Part shown: positions 26,446 through 40,379 of the stretch, in pieces | How positions within the stretch are numbered: the stretch's first letter is position 1 | Layout: the number at the start of each line of letters is the position of its first letter | Source of the DNA: Haliotis rufescens | Lineage: Eukaryota | Reading direction: 5' to 3' | DNA: 64,000 bases | Assembly (NCBI RefSeq): GCF_023055435.1 | Contig: NW_025964223.1 | Coordinates: 49,724,001 to 49,788,000 of the forward strand | Program-made: the position numbers and the translations under genes | The notes under the pieces: model-generated | Database searches by the model: none | The model's input: the letters and a program-made list of their open reading frames with translations, nothing else | What the model was told of the DNA's origin: nothing

Positions 26446-26564
26446 GTCTACGGCCATACCACGTTGAAAACACCGGTTCTCGTCCGATCACCGAAGTTAA
26501 GCAACGTCGGGCCCGGAGAGTACTTGGATGGGTGACCGCCTGGGAACACCGGGTGCAGTAGACA
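26446..26564 (+). rRNA. 5S rRNA: 5S rRNA, copy 9
   Basis: Same as copy 1. Confidence 0.98.
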
Positions 26565-27791
26565 TTTTTGCTGTGCGATTCCCACTTTTTTTCTTTTTCG
26601 ACCATAAGGTGCACTTGCCTCATTCACATCTGATGTAATCATACACTTTTATTTCCTTGTAAATGGCCCCACTCATGCATGTCTGCTCAAAGACATAGCT
26701 GCCAGCCATGTATTCTTACATACCTTTACAGAAAGGAATTTTCCACTATACATGTGATCATATTCAGTTGTCAGTTCACCCAACTCGTCAACTATTCTGA
26801 AGGCATGTACGTCCTTTTCGCCACATAAAGGTGTTTGCGTGCACCGATAATTGACTATTTTACTTACTTTCTTACTTTCAAAGCATGAATATATAATATA
26901 TACATGTAAAATTATAATGTTGTTCGTGTTAAGTCTCGGCTCACATCTCTTTGCCTACACAGATAAGAAAAGGAGAAAGAGTTAGATCGTACAGAGCGCC
27001 TGTCAATAGGAGTTCACTGGCTTGCTGCTGGAAAATGTATTTTGAAAGCTGTGAGCAAGCTGATCACTGTTGACACGCTTTAAAAATATGAAAAAAAAAC
27101 GACGCGACTGTGTGATAAACCAGCTATTTTATGTTCCCCGTTCTAGCTGATCGCTGGCAAACGTACTTTAGACTTATTAGAAAGTATTTCCATACATTTC
27201 TCTCGCCATACAACAGGTAGATGTGACATGTTGCAGGTAGGGGGCTAGGCGAAACGCACACGACCAAGGGCGCACAACTCTTGGCGCTCTATTTGAAAAG
27301 TCGTGCACAGGCGAGGCGTGTGTCGGTAAAACACCCCGTGGATGTCTGGCCTTTATCGCCGTTTTACACCTTTGAACACAACGTGCATGTGCAGCTACAC
27401 ACATAGGAAGTCTGCACTCAGGATATTATATATATCAACGACACTAATCGCCTCACTTTCCAACATACACCCATTTGGGGGGTTAATAAACAAGCATAAC
27501 AACAGTCATTAGTGTGAAGACACACTACCCCACCCCCCCATCCCCCCCCCCACACACACAATAAAATCCCTGACATACCTTTATCAACATCACCTATGTG
27601 TGTTATGTGCGTGGTGGGTGTTGCTGCCACGTTATCTCTGTTATCACGAGAACCTGCACTTTATTACTGCTAATATACATATTTATTGTTTTGTTATCAG
27701 TGTTTTCAAGTTTTCTTTTGGGGTATTTGGATGGCCCTGAAAAGGGCCTTTGGACCACAGAAATGTGGAGCGAAGGCGTGACAATGAGAGC

Positions 27792-28355
27792 TTAAGCCTT
27801 CTTTGGCTTGACTGCCTTCTTCTTGGGGGTCTTGACCTTCTTGGGTTTGGCTGCTGCCTTCTTGGGTGTCTTCGCCTTCTTGGGCTTGGCTGCAGCCTTC
27901 ACCTTCTTTGGTGACTTAGCGGCCTTCTTAGCGGCTGTTTTGGGTTTCTTGGCAGCAGCTGGCTTCTTGACTTTCTTGGGGGATTTGGCAGCCTTCTTTG
28001 GTTTGGCAGCTGCCTTAGCCTTCTTGGGTTTTTCGTCTTTCTTTGCCTCGCCAAGACGGAATGATCCAGCGGCTCCAGTTCCCTTTGATTGCTTCAGTGC
28101 GCCGTTCTTGACTCCATTTTTCAAAGCAGTCTTGATGCGAGCATTGATGGCCACCTGGTTGTCACCAACCTTGTAGTTGGCCAAGATGTATTTCAGAACA
28201 GCCTGTCGGGAAGAACCACCCCTCTCCTTCAGGGTTGAAATAGCTTTCTTGATCATCTCCAAATAGGTAGGATGTGCGGCAGCCTTCTTAGGCTTGGCAG
28301 CAGCCTTCTTCTTGGGAGTCTTGACAACAGCGGGGGCAGCAGCAGCATCAGCCAT
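27792..28355 (-). CDS. H1: Histone H1, copy 10
   Basis: Identical 187-aa protein. Confidence 0.98.
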   Translation of the reverse strand: MADAAAAPAVVKTPKKKAAAKPKKAAAHPTYLEMIKKAISTLKERGGSSRQAVLKYILANYKVGDNQVAINARIKTALKNGVKNGALKQSKGTGAAGSFRLGEAKKDEKPKKAKAAAKPKKAAKSPKKVKKPAAAKKPKTAAKKAAKSPKKVKAAAKPKKAKTPKKAAAKPKKVKTPKKKAVKPKKA

Positions 28356-29453
28356 AGTGGTAAGTTTGAGTGGTAAAAATTCACGTCAGCTACGAGAGAA
28401 GCACAGAGAGCGAATGACACTTCCCCACAGACAGCCCGGCTGATACTCCGGAGGCGCGGACGTCGGAGGAGACACCCTGCTTGTTGTGGCTGATAGCTGC
28501 ACGCTTACAAGCGCGTGTGCTTTTTCGTGTATTTGTATCCGAATAATCACTTCTTAATCAAGGAAAGTTTCAATTTCAACAATACAGTTAGGTAGTAAAA
28601 ACATTTGGCTACATTTCGGTTACAATAGCAACGCTCACGGGTGAAGTTCAAAGCCACACGTGCTGTTTCCAATGAAGCGACCCAGTCTAAAATGTAGACA
28701 TCGCTACTTTCAAAAGCACATTTTTAGCCTTGAGACTCAAGTTTATGCATTTTAAACGTTGCCTGTCAATTCTCAATATATCTAACTATGAAAGTAAAAC
28801 ACAACACTCATCAGTATTGCCTATGATAAGCTAGAACAAGCTTTCAAACAACGACAATGAAGCACGTTTTTCTGACGACTTCGCCATTTTGCAACAGAAA
28901 ACATTTGACACTATATTTCTGGAGACATAATTTTGGTCACTTCAATTAGAGTTGAAACTAACTTTGTCATAACAAGTAAGTAACGGGGATTTTACTTTCA
29001 GGAAAACAGTCTAGTAAGACGAGGATCTCGGGACACAAGCAGCTAGGGCGCGAAGCCCCGAACAGTAACATATATACATTGGTGTTTAGATCACTCGATC
29101 GGTCGTCACAGATTAAGTCTTTTTGCCTGTCTTAATAGCACGATATTAGTAGGGGTCTTCGTCGTTTGGATGTTAATTTTACCAGAACAATATAGGCTAC
29201 CATCCATCAACGAAAAGTGAATGTTTCAGACGAAAGGCCGGATCGAGTGAGCGAGTGTGCCGGGCCTCGTGTTAAACAGTGATCACATGTTTTTAGAACG
29301 GCTAGATTTTAATCCCTGTAAATATACATCATAAATCAACAAACACAACATGTCTACTGAACCCGCTGAAAACGCGAGCATGCTGTTTTCATGGCAATGT
29401 CTGTTTACCAATGTGTGGTGGCTATATGTAGCTAAAGTTTGCCGGCAAGCATT

Positions 29454-29572
29454 GTCTACGGCCATACCACGTTGAAAACACCGGTTCTCGTCCGATCACC
29501 GAAGTTAAGCAACGTCGGGCCCGGAGAGTACTTGGATGGGTGACCGCCTGGGAACACCGGGTGCAGTAGACA
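29454..29572 (+). rRNA. 5S rRNA: 5S rRNA, copy 10
   Basis: Same as copy 1. Confidence 0.98.
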
Positions 29573-30797
29573 TTTTTGCTGTGCGATTCCCACTTTTCTT
29601 CTTTTTCGACCATAAGGTGCACTTGCCTCATTCACATCTGATGTAATCATACACTTTTATTTCCTTGTAAATGGCCCCACTCATGCATGTCTGCTCAAAG
29701 ACATAGCTGCCAGCCATGTATTCTTACATACCTTTACAGAAAGGAATTTTCCACTATACATGTGATCATATTCAGTTGTCAGTTCACCCAACTCGTCAAC
29801 TATTCTGAAGGCATGTACGTCCTTTTCGCCACATAAAGGTGTTTGCGTGCACCGATAATTGACTATTTTACTTACTTTCTTACTTTCAAAGCATGAATAT
29901 ATAATATATACATGTAAAATTATAATGTTGTTCGTGTTAAGTCTCGGCTCACATCTCTTTGCCTACACAGATAAGAAAAGGAGAAAGAGTTAGATCGTAC
30001 AGAGCGCCTGTCAATAGGAGTTCACTGGCTTGCTGCTGGAAAATGTATTTTGAAAGCTGTGAGCAAGCTGATCACTGTTGACACGCTTTAAAAATATGAA
30101 AAAAAAACGACGCGACTGTGTGATAAACCAGCTATTTTATGTTCCCCGTTCTAGCTGATCGCTGGCAAACGTACTTTAGACTTATTAGAAAGTATTTCCA
30201 TACATTTCTCTCGCCATACAACAGGTAGATGTGACATGTTGCAGGTAGGGGGCTAGGCGAAACGCACACGACCAAGGGCGCACAACTCTTGGCGCTCTAT
30301 TTGAAAAGTCGTGCACAGGCGAGGCGTGTGTCGGTAAAACACCCCGTGGATGTCTGGCCTTTATCGCCGTTTTACACCTTTGAACACAACGTGCATGTGC
30401 AGCTACACACATAGGAAGTCTGCACTCAGGATATTATATATATCAACGACACTAATCGCCTCACTTTCCAACATACACCCATTTGGGGGGTTAATAAACA
30501 AGCATAACAACAGTCATTAGTGTGAAGACACACTACCCCACCCCCCCATCCCCCCCCACACACACAATAAAATCCCTGACATACCTTTATCAACATCACC
30601 TATGTGTGTTATGTGCGTGGTGGGTGTTGCTGCCACGTTATCTCTGTTATCACGAGAACCTGCACTTTATTACTGCTAATATACATATTTATTGTTTTGT
30701 TATCAGTGTTTTCAAGTTTTCTTTTGGGGTATTTGGATGGCCCTGAAAAGGGCCTTTGGACCACAGAAATGTGGAGCGAAGGCGTGACAATGAGAGC

Positions 30798-31361
30798 TTA
30801 AGCCTTCTTTGGCTTGACTGCCTTCTTCTTGGGGGTCTTGACCTTCTTGGGTTTGGCTGCTGCCTTCTTGGGTGTCTTCGCCTTCTTGGGCTTGGCTGCA
30901 GCCTTCACCTTCTTTGGTGACTTAGCGGCCTTCTTAGCGGCTGTTTTGGGTTTCTTGGCAGCAGCTGGCTTCTTGACTTTCTTGGGGGATTTGGCAGCCT
31001 TCTTTGGTTTGGCAGCTGCCTTAGCCTTCTTGGGTTTTTCGTCTTTCTTTGCCTCGCCAAGACGGAATGATCCAGCGGCTCCAGTTCCCTTTGATTGCTT
31101 CAGTGCGCCGTTCTTGACTCCATTTTTCAAAGCAGTCTTGATGCGAGCATTGATGGCCACCTGGTTGTCACCAACCTTGTAGTTGGCCAAGATGTATTTC
31201 AGAACAGCCTGTCGGGAAGAACCACCCCTCTCCTTCAGGGTTGAAATAGCTTTCTTGATCATCTCCAAATAGGTAGGATGTGCGGCAGCCTTCTTAGGCT
31301 TGGCAGCAGCCTTCTTCTTGGGAGTCTTGACAACAGCGGGGGCAGCAGCAGCATCAGCCAT
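30798..31361 (-). CDS. H1: Histone H1, copy 11
   Basis: Identical 187-aa protein. Confidence 0.98.
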   Translation of the reverse strand: MADAAAAPAVVKTPKKKAAAKPKKAAAHPTYLEMIKKAISTLKERGGSSRQAVLKYILANYKVGDNQVAINARIKTALKNGVKNGALKQSKGTGAAGSFRLGEAKKDEKPKKAKAAAKPKKAAKSPKKVKKPAAAKKPKTAAKKAAKSPKKVKAAAKPKKAKTPKKAAAKPKKVKTPKKKAVKPKKA

Positions 31362-32459
31362 AGTGGTAAGTTTGAGTGGTAAAAATTCACGTCAGCTACG
31401 AGAGAAGCACAGAGAGCGAATGACACTTCCCCACAGACAGCCCGGCTGATACTCCGGAGGCGCGGACGTCGGAGGAGACACCCTGCTTGTTGTGGCTGAT
31501 AGCTGCACGCTTACAAGCGCGTGTGCTTTTTCGTGTATTTGTATCCGAATAATCACTTCTTAATCAAGGAAAGTTTCAATTTCAACAATACAGTTAGGTA
31601 GTAAAAACATTTGGCTACATTTCGGTTACAATAGCAACGCTCACGGGTGAAGTTCAAAGCCACACGTGCTGTTTCCAATGAAGCGACCCAGTCTAAAATG
31701 TAGACATCGCTACTTTCAAAAGCACATTTTTAGCCTTGAGACTCAAGTTTATGCATTTTAAACGTTGCCTGTCAATTCTCAATATATCTAACTATGAAAG
31801 TAAAACACAACACTCATCAGTATTGCCTATGATAAGCTAGAACAAGCTTTCAAACAACGACAATGAAGCACGTTTTTCTGACGACTTCGCCATTTTGCAA
31901 CAGAAAACATTTGACACTATATTTCTGGAGACATAATTTTGGTCACTTCAATTAGAGTTGAAACTAACTTTGTCATAACAAGTAAGTAACGGGGATTTTA
32001 CTTTCAGGAAAACAGTCTAGTAAGACGAGGATCTCGGGACACAAGCAGCTAGGGCGCGAAGCCCCGAACAGTAACATATATACATTGGTGTTTAGATCAC
32101 TCGATCGGTCGTCACAGATTAAGTCTTTTTGCCTGTCTTAATAGCACGATATTAGTAGGGGTCTTCGTCGTTTGGATGTTAATTTTACCAGAACAATATA
32201 GGCTACCATCCATCAACGAAAAGTGAATGTTTCAGACGAAAGGCCGGATCGAGTGAGCGAGTGTGCCGGGCCTCGTGTTAAACAGTGATCACATGTTTTT
32301 AGAACGGCTAGATTTTAATCCCTGTAAATATACATCATAAATCAACAAACACAACATGTCTACTGAACCCGCTGAAAACGCGAGCATGCTGTTTTCATGG
32401 CAATGTCTGTTTACCAATGTGTGGTGGCTATATGTAGCTAAAGTTTGCCGACAAGCATT

Positions 32460-32578
32460 GTCTACGGCCATACCACGTTGAAAACACCGGTTCTCGTCCG
32501 ATCACCGAAGTTAAGCAACGTCGGGCCCGGAGAGTACTTGGATGGGTGACCGCCTGGGAACACCGGGTGCAGTAGACA
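32460..32578 (+). rRNA. 5S rRNA: 5S rRNA, copy 11
   Basis: Same as copy 1. Confidence 0.98.
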
Positions 32579-33803
32579 TTTTTGCTGTGCGATTCCCACT
32601 ATTTTTCTTTTTCGACCATAAGGTGCACTTGCCTCATTCACATCTGATGTAATCATACACTTTTATTTCCTTGTAAATGGCCCCACTCATGCATGTCTGC
32701 TCAAAGACATAGCTGCCAGCCATGTATTCTTACATACCTTTACAGAAAGGAATTTTCCACTATACATGTGATCATATTCAGTTGTCAGTTCACCCAACTC
32801 GTCAACTATTCTGAAGGCATGTACGTCCTTTTCGCCACATAAAGGTGTTTGCGTGCACCGATAATTGACTATTTTACTTACTTTCTTACTTTCAAAGCAT
32901 GAATATATAATATATACATGTAAAATTATAATGTTGTTCGTGTTAAGTCTCGGCTCACATCTCTTTGCCTACACAGATAAGAAAAGGAGAAAGAGTTAGA
33001 TCGTACAGAGCGCCTGTCAATAGGAGTTCACTGGCTTGCTGCTGGAAAATGTATTTTGAAAGCTGTGAGCAAGCTGATCACTGTTGACACGCTTTAAAAA
33101 TATGAAAAAAAAACGACGCGACTGTGTGATAAACCAGCTATTTTATGTTCCCCGTTCTAGCTGATCGCTGGCAAACGTACTTTAGACTTATTAGAAAGTA
33201 TTTCCATACATTTCTCTCGCCATACAACAGGTAGATGTGACATGTTGCAGGTAGGGGGCTAGGCGAAACGCACACGACCAAGGGCGCACAACTCTTGGCG
33301 CTCTATTTGAAAAGTCGTGCACAGGCGAGGCGTGTGTCGGTAAAACACCCCGTGGATGTCTGGCCTTTATCGCCGTTTTACACCTTTGAACACAACGTGC
33401 ATGTGCAGCTACACACATAGGAAGTCTGCACTCAGGATATTATATATATCAACGACACTAATCGCCTCACTTTCCAACATACACCCATTTGGGGGGTTAA
33501 TAAACAAGCATAACAACAGTCATTAGTGTGAAGACACACTACCCCACCCCCCCATCCCCCCCCACACACACAATAAAATCCCTGACATACCTTTATCAAC
33601 ATCACCTATGTGTGTTATGTGCGTGGTGGGTGTTGCTGCCACGTTATCTCTGTTATCACGAGAACCTGCACTTTATTACTGCTAATATACATATTTATTG
33701 TTTTGTTATCAGTGTTTTCAAGTTTTCTTTTGGGGTATTTGGATGGCCCTGAAAAGGGCCTTTGGACCACAGAAATGTGGAGCGAAGGCGTGACAATGAG
33801 AGC

Positions 33804-34367
33804 TTAAGCCTTCTTTGGCTTGACTGCCTTCTTCTTGGGGGTCTTGACCTTCTTGGGTTTGGCTGCTGCCTTCTTGGGTGTCTTCGCCTTCTTGGGCTTG
33901 GCTGCAGCCTTCACCTTCTTTGGTGACTTAGCGGCCTTCTTAGCGGCTGTTTTGGGTTTCTTGGCAGCAGCTGGCTTCTTGACTTTCTTGGGGGATTTGG
34001 CAGCCTTCTTTGGTTTGGCAGCTGCCTTAGCCTTCTTGGGTTTTTCGTCTTTCTTTGCCTCGCCAAGACGGAATGATCCAGCGGCTCCAGTTCCCTTTGA
34101 TTGCTTCAGTGCGCCGTTCTTGACTCCATTTTTCAAAGCAGTCTTGATGCGAGCATTGATGGCCACCTGGTTGTCACCAACCTTGTAGTTGGCCAAGATG
34201 TATTTCAGAACAGCCTGTCGGGAAGAACCACCCCTCTCCTTCAGGGTTGAAATAGCTTTCTTGATCATCTCCAAATAGGTAGGATGTGCGGCAGCCTTCT
34301 TAGGCTTGGCAGCAGCCTTCTTCTTGGGAGTCTTGACAACAGCGGGGGCAGCAGCAGCATCAGCCAT
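33804..34367 (-). CDS. H1: Histone H1, copy 12
   Basis: Identical 187-aa protein. Confidence 0.98.
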   Translation of the reverse strand: MADAAAAPAVVKTPKKKAAAKPKKAAAHPTYLEMIKKAISTLKERGGSSRQAVLKYILANYKVGDNQVAINARIKTALKNGVKNGALKQSKGTGAAGSFRLGEAKKDEKPKKAKAAAKPKKAAKSPKKVKKPAAAKKPKTAAKKAAKSPKKVKAAAKPKKAKTPKKAAAKPKKVKTPKKKAVKPKKA

Positions 34368-35465
34368 AGTGGTAAGTTTGAGTGGTAAAAATTCACGTCA
34401 GCTACGAGAGAAGCACAGAGAGCGAATGACACTTCCCCACAGACAGCCCGGCTGATACTCCGGAGGCGCGGACGTCGGAGGAGACACCCTGCTTGTTGTG
34501 GCTGATAGCTGCACGCTTACAAGCGCGTGTGCTTTTTCGTGTATTTGTATCCGAATAATCACTTCTTAATCAAGGAAAGTTTCAATTTCAACAATACAGT
34601 TAGGTAGTAAAAACATTTGGCTACATTTCGGTTACAATAGCAACGCTCACGGGTGAAGTTCAAAGCCACACGTGCTGTTTCCAATGAAGCGACCCAGTCT
34701 AAAATGTAGACATCGCTACTTTCAAAAGCACATTTTTAGCCTTGAGACTCAAGTTTATGCATTTTAAACGTTGCCTGTCAATTCTCAATATATCTAACTA
34801 TGAAAGTAAAACACAACACTCATCAGTATTGCCTATGATAAGCTAGAACAAGCTTTCAAACAACGACAATGAAGCACGTTTTTCTGACGACTTCGCCATT
34901 TTGCAACAGAAAACATTTGACACTATATTTCTGGAGACATAATTTTGGTCACTTCAATTAGAGTTGAAACTAACTTTGTCATAACAAGTAAGTAACGGGG
35001 ATTTTACTTTCAGGAAAACAGTCTAGTAAGACGAGGATCTCGGGACACAAGCAGCTAGGGCGCGAAGCCCCGAACAGTAACATATATACATTGGTGTTTA
35101 GATCACTCGATCGGTCGTCACAGATTAAGTCTTTTTGCCTGTCTTAATAGCACGATATTAGTAGGGGTCTTCGTCGTTTGGATGTTAATTTTACCAGAAC
35201 AATATAGGCTACCATCCATCAACGAAAAGTGAATGTTTCAGACGAAAGGCCGGATCGAGTGAGCGAGTGTGCCGGGCCTCGTGTTAAACAGTGATCACAT
35301 GTTTTTAGAACGGCTAGATTTTAATCCCTGTAAATATACATCATAAATCAACAAACACAACATGTCTACTGAACCCGCTGAAAACGCGAGCATGCTGTTT
35401 TCATGGCAATGTCTGTTTACCAATGTGTGGTGGCTATATGTAGCTAAAGTTTGCCGACAAGCATT

Positions 35466-35584
35466 GTCTACGGCCATACCACGTTGAAAACACCGGTTCT
35501 CGTCCGATCACCGAAGTTAAGCAACGTCGGGCCCGGAGAGTACTTGGATGGGTGACCGCCTGGGAACACCGGGTGCAGTAGACA
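35466..35584 (+). rRNA. 5S rRNA: 5S rRNA, copy 12
   Basis: Same as copy 1. Confidence 0.98.
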
Positions 35585-36809
35585 TTTTTGCTGTGCGATT
35601 CCCACTATTTTTCTTTTTCGACCATAAGGTGCACTTGCCTCATTCACATCTGATGTAATCATACACTTTTATTTCCTTGTAAATGGCCCCACTCATGCAT
35701 GTCTGCTCAAAGACATAGCTGCCAGCCATGTATTCTTACATACCTTTACAGAAAGGAATTTTCCACTATACATGTGATCATATTCAGTTGTCAGTTCACC
35801 CAACTCGTCAACTATTCTGAAGGCATGTACGTCCTTTTCGCCACATAAAGGTGTTTGCGTGCACCGATAATTGACTATTTTACTTACTTTCTTACTTTCA
35901 AAGCATGAATATATAATATATACATGTAAAATTATAATGTTGTTCGTGTTAAGTCTCGGCTCACATCTCTTTGCCTACACAGATAAGAAAAGGAGAAAGA
36001 GTTAGATCGTACAGAGCGCCTGTCAATAGGAGTTCACTGGCTTGCTGCTGGAAAATGTATTTTGAAAGCTGTGAGCAAGCTGATCACTGTTGACACGCTT
36101 TAAAAATATGAAAAAAAAACGACGCGACTGTGTGATAAACCAGCTATTTTATGTTCCCCGTTCTAGCTGATCGCTGGCAAACGTACTTTAGACTTATTAG
36201 AAAGTATTTCCATACATTTCTCTCGCCATACAACAGGTAGATGTGACATGTTGCAGGTAGGGGGCTAGGCGAAACGCACACGACCAAGGGCGCACAACTC
36301 TTGGCGCTCTATTTGAAAAGTCGTGCACAGGCGAGGCGTGTGTCGGTAAAACACCCCGTGGATGTCTGGCCTTTATCGCCGTTTTACACCTTTGAACACA
36401 ACGTGCATGTGCAGCTACACACATAGGAAGTCTGCACTCAGGATATTATATATATCAACGACACTAATCGCCTCACTTTCCAACATACACCCATTTGGGG
36501 GGTTAATAAACAAGCATAACAACAGTCATTAGTGTGAAGACACACTACCCCACCCCCCCATCCCCCCCCACACACACAATAAAATCCCTGACATACCTTT
36601 ATCAACATCACCTATGTGTGTTATGTGCGTGGTGGGTGTTGCTGCCACGTTATCTCTGTTATCACGAGAACCTGCACTTTATTACTGCTAATATACATAT
36701 TTATTGTTTTGTTATCAGTGTTTTCAAGTTTTCTTTTGGGGTATTTGGATGGCCCTGAAAAGGGCCTTTGGACCACAGAAATGTGGAGCGAAGGCGTGAC
36801 AATGAGAGC

Positions 36810-37373
36810 TTAAGCCTTCTTTGGCTTGACTGCCTTCTTCTTGGGGGTCTTGACCTTCTTGGGTTTGGCTGCTGCCTTCTTGGGTGTCTTCGCCTTCTTG
36901 GGCTTGGCTGCAGCCTTCACCTTCTTTGGTGACTTAGCGGCCTTCTTAGCGGCTGTTTTGGGTTTCTTGGCAGCAGCTGGCTTCTTGACTTTCTTGGGGG
37001 ATTTGGCAGCCTTCTTTGGTTTGGCAGCTGCCTTAGCCTTCTTGGGTTTTTCGTCTTTCTTTGCCTCGCCAAGACGGAATGATCCAGCGGCTCCAGTTCC
37101 CTTTGATTGCTTCAGTGCGCCGTTCTTGACTCCATTTTTCAAAGCAGTCTTGATGCGAGCATTGATGGCCACCTGGTTGTCACCAACCTTGTAGTTGGCC
37201 AAGATGTATTTCAGAACAGCCTGTCGGGAAGAACCACCCCTCTCCTTCAGGGTTGAAATAGCTTTCTTGATCATCTCCAAATAGGTAGGATGTGCGGCAG
37301 CCTTCTTAGGCTTGGCAGCAGCCTTCTTCTTGGGAGTCTTGACAACAGCGGGGGCAGCAGCAGCATCAGCCAT
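36810..37373 (-). CDS. H1: Histone H1, copy 13
   Basis: Identical 187-aa protein. Confidence 0.98.
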   Translation of the reverse strand: MADAAAAPAVVKTPKKKAAAKPKKAAAHPTYLEMIKKAISTLKERGGSSRQAVLKYILANYKVGDNQVAINARIKTALKNGVKNGALKQSKGTGAAGSFRLGEAKKDEKPKKAKAAAKPKKAAKSPKKVKKPAAAKKPKTAAKKAAKSPKKVKAAAKPKKAKTPKKAAAKPKKVKTPKKKAVKPKKA

Positions 37374-38471
37374 AGTGGTAAGTTTGAGTGGTAAAAATTC
37401 ACGTCAGCTACGAGAGAAGCACAGAGAGCGAATGACACTTCCCCACAGACAGCCCGGCTGATACTCCGGAGGCGCGGACGTCGGAGGAGACACCCTGCTT
37501 GTTGTGGCTGATAGCTGCACGCTTACAAGCGCGTGTGCTTTTTCGTGTATTTGTATCCGAATAATCACTTCTTAATCAAGGAAAGTTTCAATTTCAACAA
37601 TACAGTTAGGTAGTAAAAACATTTGGCTACATTTCGGTTACAATAGCAACGCTCACGGGTGAAGTTCAAAGCCACACGTGCTGTTTCCAATGAAGCGACC
37701 CAGTCTAAAATGTAGACATCGCTACTTTCAAAAGCACATTTTTAGCCTTGAGACTCAAGTTTATGCATTTTAAACGTTGCCTGTCAATTCTCAATATATC
37801 TAACTATGAAAGTAAAACACAACACTCATCAGTATTGCCTATGATAAGCTAGAACAAGCTTTCAAACAACGACAATGAAGCACGTTTTTCTGACGACTTC
37901 GCCATTTTGCAACAGAAAACATTTGACACTATATTTCTGGAGACATAATTTTGGTCACTTCAATTAGAGTTGAAACTAACTTTGTCATAACAAGTAAGTA
38001 ACGGGGATTTTACTTTCAGGAAAACAGTCTAGTAAGACGAGGATCTCGGGACACAAGCAGCTAGGGCGCGAAGCCCCGAACAGTAACATATATACATTGG
38101 TGTTTAGATCACTCGATCGGTCGTCACAGATTAAGTCTTTTTGCCTGTCTTAATAGCACGATATTAGTAGGGGTCTTCGTCGTTTGGATGTTAATTTTAC
38201 CAGAACAATATAGGCTACCATCCATCAACGAAAAGTGAATGTTTCAGACGAAAGGCCGGATCGAGTGAGCGAGTGTGCCGGGCCTCGTGTTAAACAGTGA
38301 TCACATGTTTTTAGAACGGCTAGATTTTAATCCCTGTAAATATACATCATAAATCAACAAACACAACATGTCTACTGAACCCGCTGAAAACGCGAGCATG
38401 CTGTTTTCATGGCAATGTCTGTTTACCAATGTGTGGTGGCTATATGTAGCTAAAGTTTGCCGACAAGCATT

Positions 38472-38590
38472 GTCTACGGCCATACCACGTTGAAAACACC
38501 GGTTCTCGTCCGATCACCGAAGTTAAGCAACGTCGGGCCCGGAGAGTACTTGGATGGGTGACCGCCTGGGAACACCGGGTGCAGTAGACA
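38472..38590 (+). rRNA. 5S rRNA: 5S rRNA, copy 13
   Basis: Same as copy 1. Confidence 0.98.
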
Positions 38591-39815
38591 TTTTTGCTGT
38601 GCGATTCCCACTTTTTTTCTTTTTCGACCATAAGGTGCACTTGCCTCATTCACATCTGATGTAATCATACACTTTTATTTCCTTGTAAATGGCCCCACTC
38701 ATGCATGTCTGCTCAAAGACATAGCTGCCAGCCATGTATTCTTACATACCTTTACAGAAAGGAATTTTCCACTATACATGTGATCATATTCAGTTGTCAG
38801 TTCACCCAACTCGTCAACTATTCTGAAGGCATGTACGTCCTTTTCGCCACATAAAGGTGTTTGCGTGCACCGATAATTGACTATTTTACTTACTTTCTTA
38901 CTTTCAAAGCATGAATATATAATATATACATGTAAAATTATAATGTTGTTCGTGTTAAGTCTCGGCTCACATCTCTTTGCCTACACAGATAAGAAAAGGA
39001 GAAAGAGTTAGATCGTACAGAGCGCCTGTCAATAGGAGTTCACTGGCTTGCTGCTGGAAAATGTATTTTGAAAGCTGTGAGCAAGCTGATCACTGTTGAC
39101 ACGCTTTAAAAATATGAAAAAAAAACGACGCGACTGTGTGATAAACCAGCTATTTTATGTTCCCCGTTCTAGCTGATCGCTGGCAAACGTACTTTAGACT
39201 TATTAGAAAGTATTTCCATACATTTCTCTCGCCATACAACAGGTAGATGTGACATGTTGCAGGTAGGGGGCTAGGCGAAACGCACACGACCAAGGGCGCA
39301 CAACTCTTGGCGCTCTATTTGAAAAGTCGTGCACAGGCGAGGCGTGTGTCGGTAAAACACCCCGTGGATGTCTGGCCTTTATCGCCGTTTTACACCTTTG
39401 AACACAACGTGCATGTGCAGCTACACACATAGGAAGTCTGCACTCAGGATATTATATATATCAACGACACTAATCGCCTCACTTTCCAACATACACCCAT
39501 TTGGGGGGTTAATAAACAAGCATAACAACAGTCATTAGTGTGAAGACACACTACCCCACCCCCCCATCCCCCCCCACACACACAATAAAATCCCTGACAT
39601 ACCTTTATCAACATCACCTATGTGTGTTATGTGCGTGGTGGGTGTTGCTGCCACGTTATCTCTGTTATCACGAGAACCTGCACTTTATTACTGCTAATAT
39701 ACATATTTATTGTTTTGTTATCAGTGTTTTCAAGTTTTCTTTTGGGGTATTTGGATGGCCCTGAAAAGGGCCTTTGGACCACAGAAATGTGGAGCGAAGG
39801 CGTGACAATGAGAGC

Positions 39816-40379
39816 TTAAGCCTTCTTTGGCTTGACTGCCTTCTTCTTGGGGGTCTTGACCTTCTTGGGTTTGGCTGCTGCCTTCTTGGGTGTCTTCGCC
39901 TTCTTGGGCTTGGCTGCAGCCTTCACCTTCTTTGGTGACTTAGCGGCCTTCTTAGCGGCTGTTTTGGGTTTCTTGGCAGCAGCTGGCTTCTTGACTTTCT
40001 TGGGGGATTTGGCAGCCTTCTTTGGTTTGGCAGCTGCCTTAGCCTTCTTGGGTTTTTCGTCTTTCTTTGCCTCGCCAAGACGGAATGATCCAGCGGCTCC
40101 AGTTCCCTTTGATTGCTTCAGTGCGCCGTTCTTGACTCCATTTTTCAAAGCAGTCTTGATGCGAGCATTGATGGCCACCTGGTTGTCACCAACCTTGTAG
40201 TTGGCCAAGATGTATTTCAGAACAGCCTGTCGGGAAGAACCACCCCTCTCCTTCAGGGTTGAAATAGCTTTCTTGATCATCTCCAAATAGGTAGGATGTG
40301 CGGCAGCCTTCTTAGGCTTGGCAGCAGCCTTCTTCTTGGGAGTCTTGACAACAGCGGGGGCAGCAGCAGCATCAGCCAT
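39816..40379 (-). CDS. H1: Histone H1, copy 14
   Basis: Identical 187-aa protein. Confidence 0.98.
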   Translation of the reverse strand: MADAAAAPAVVKTPKKKAAAKPKKAAAHPTYLEMIKKAISTLKERGGSSRQAVLKYILANYKVGDNQVAINARIKTALKNGVKNGALKQSKGTGAAGSFRLGEAKKDEKPKKAKAAAKPKKAAKSPKKVKKPAAAKKPKTAAKKAAKSPKKVKAAAKPKKAKTPKKAAAKPKKVKTPKKKAVKPKKA

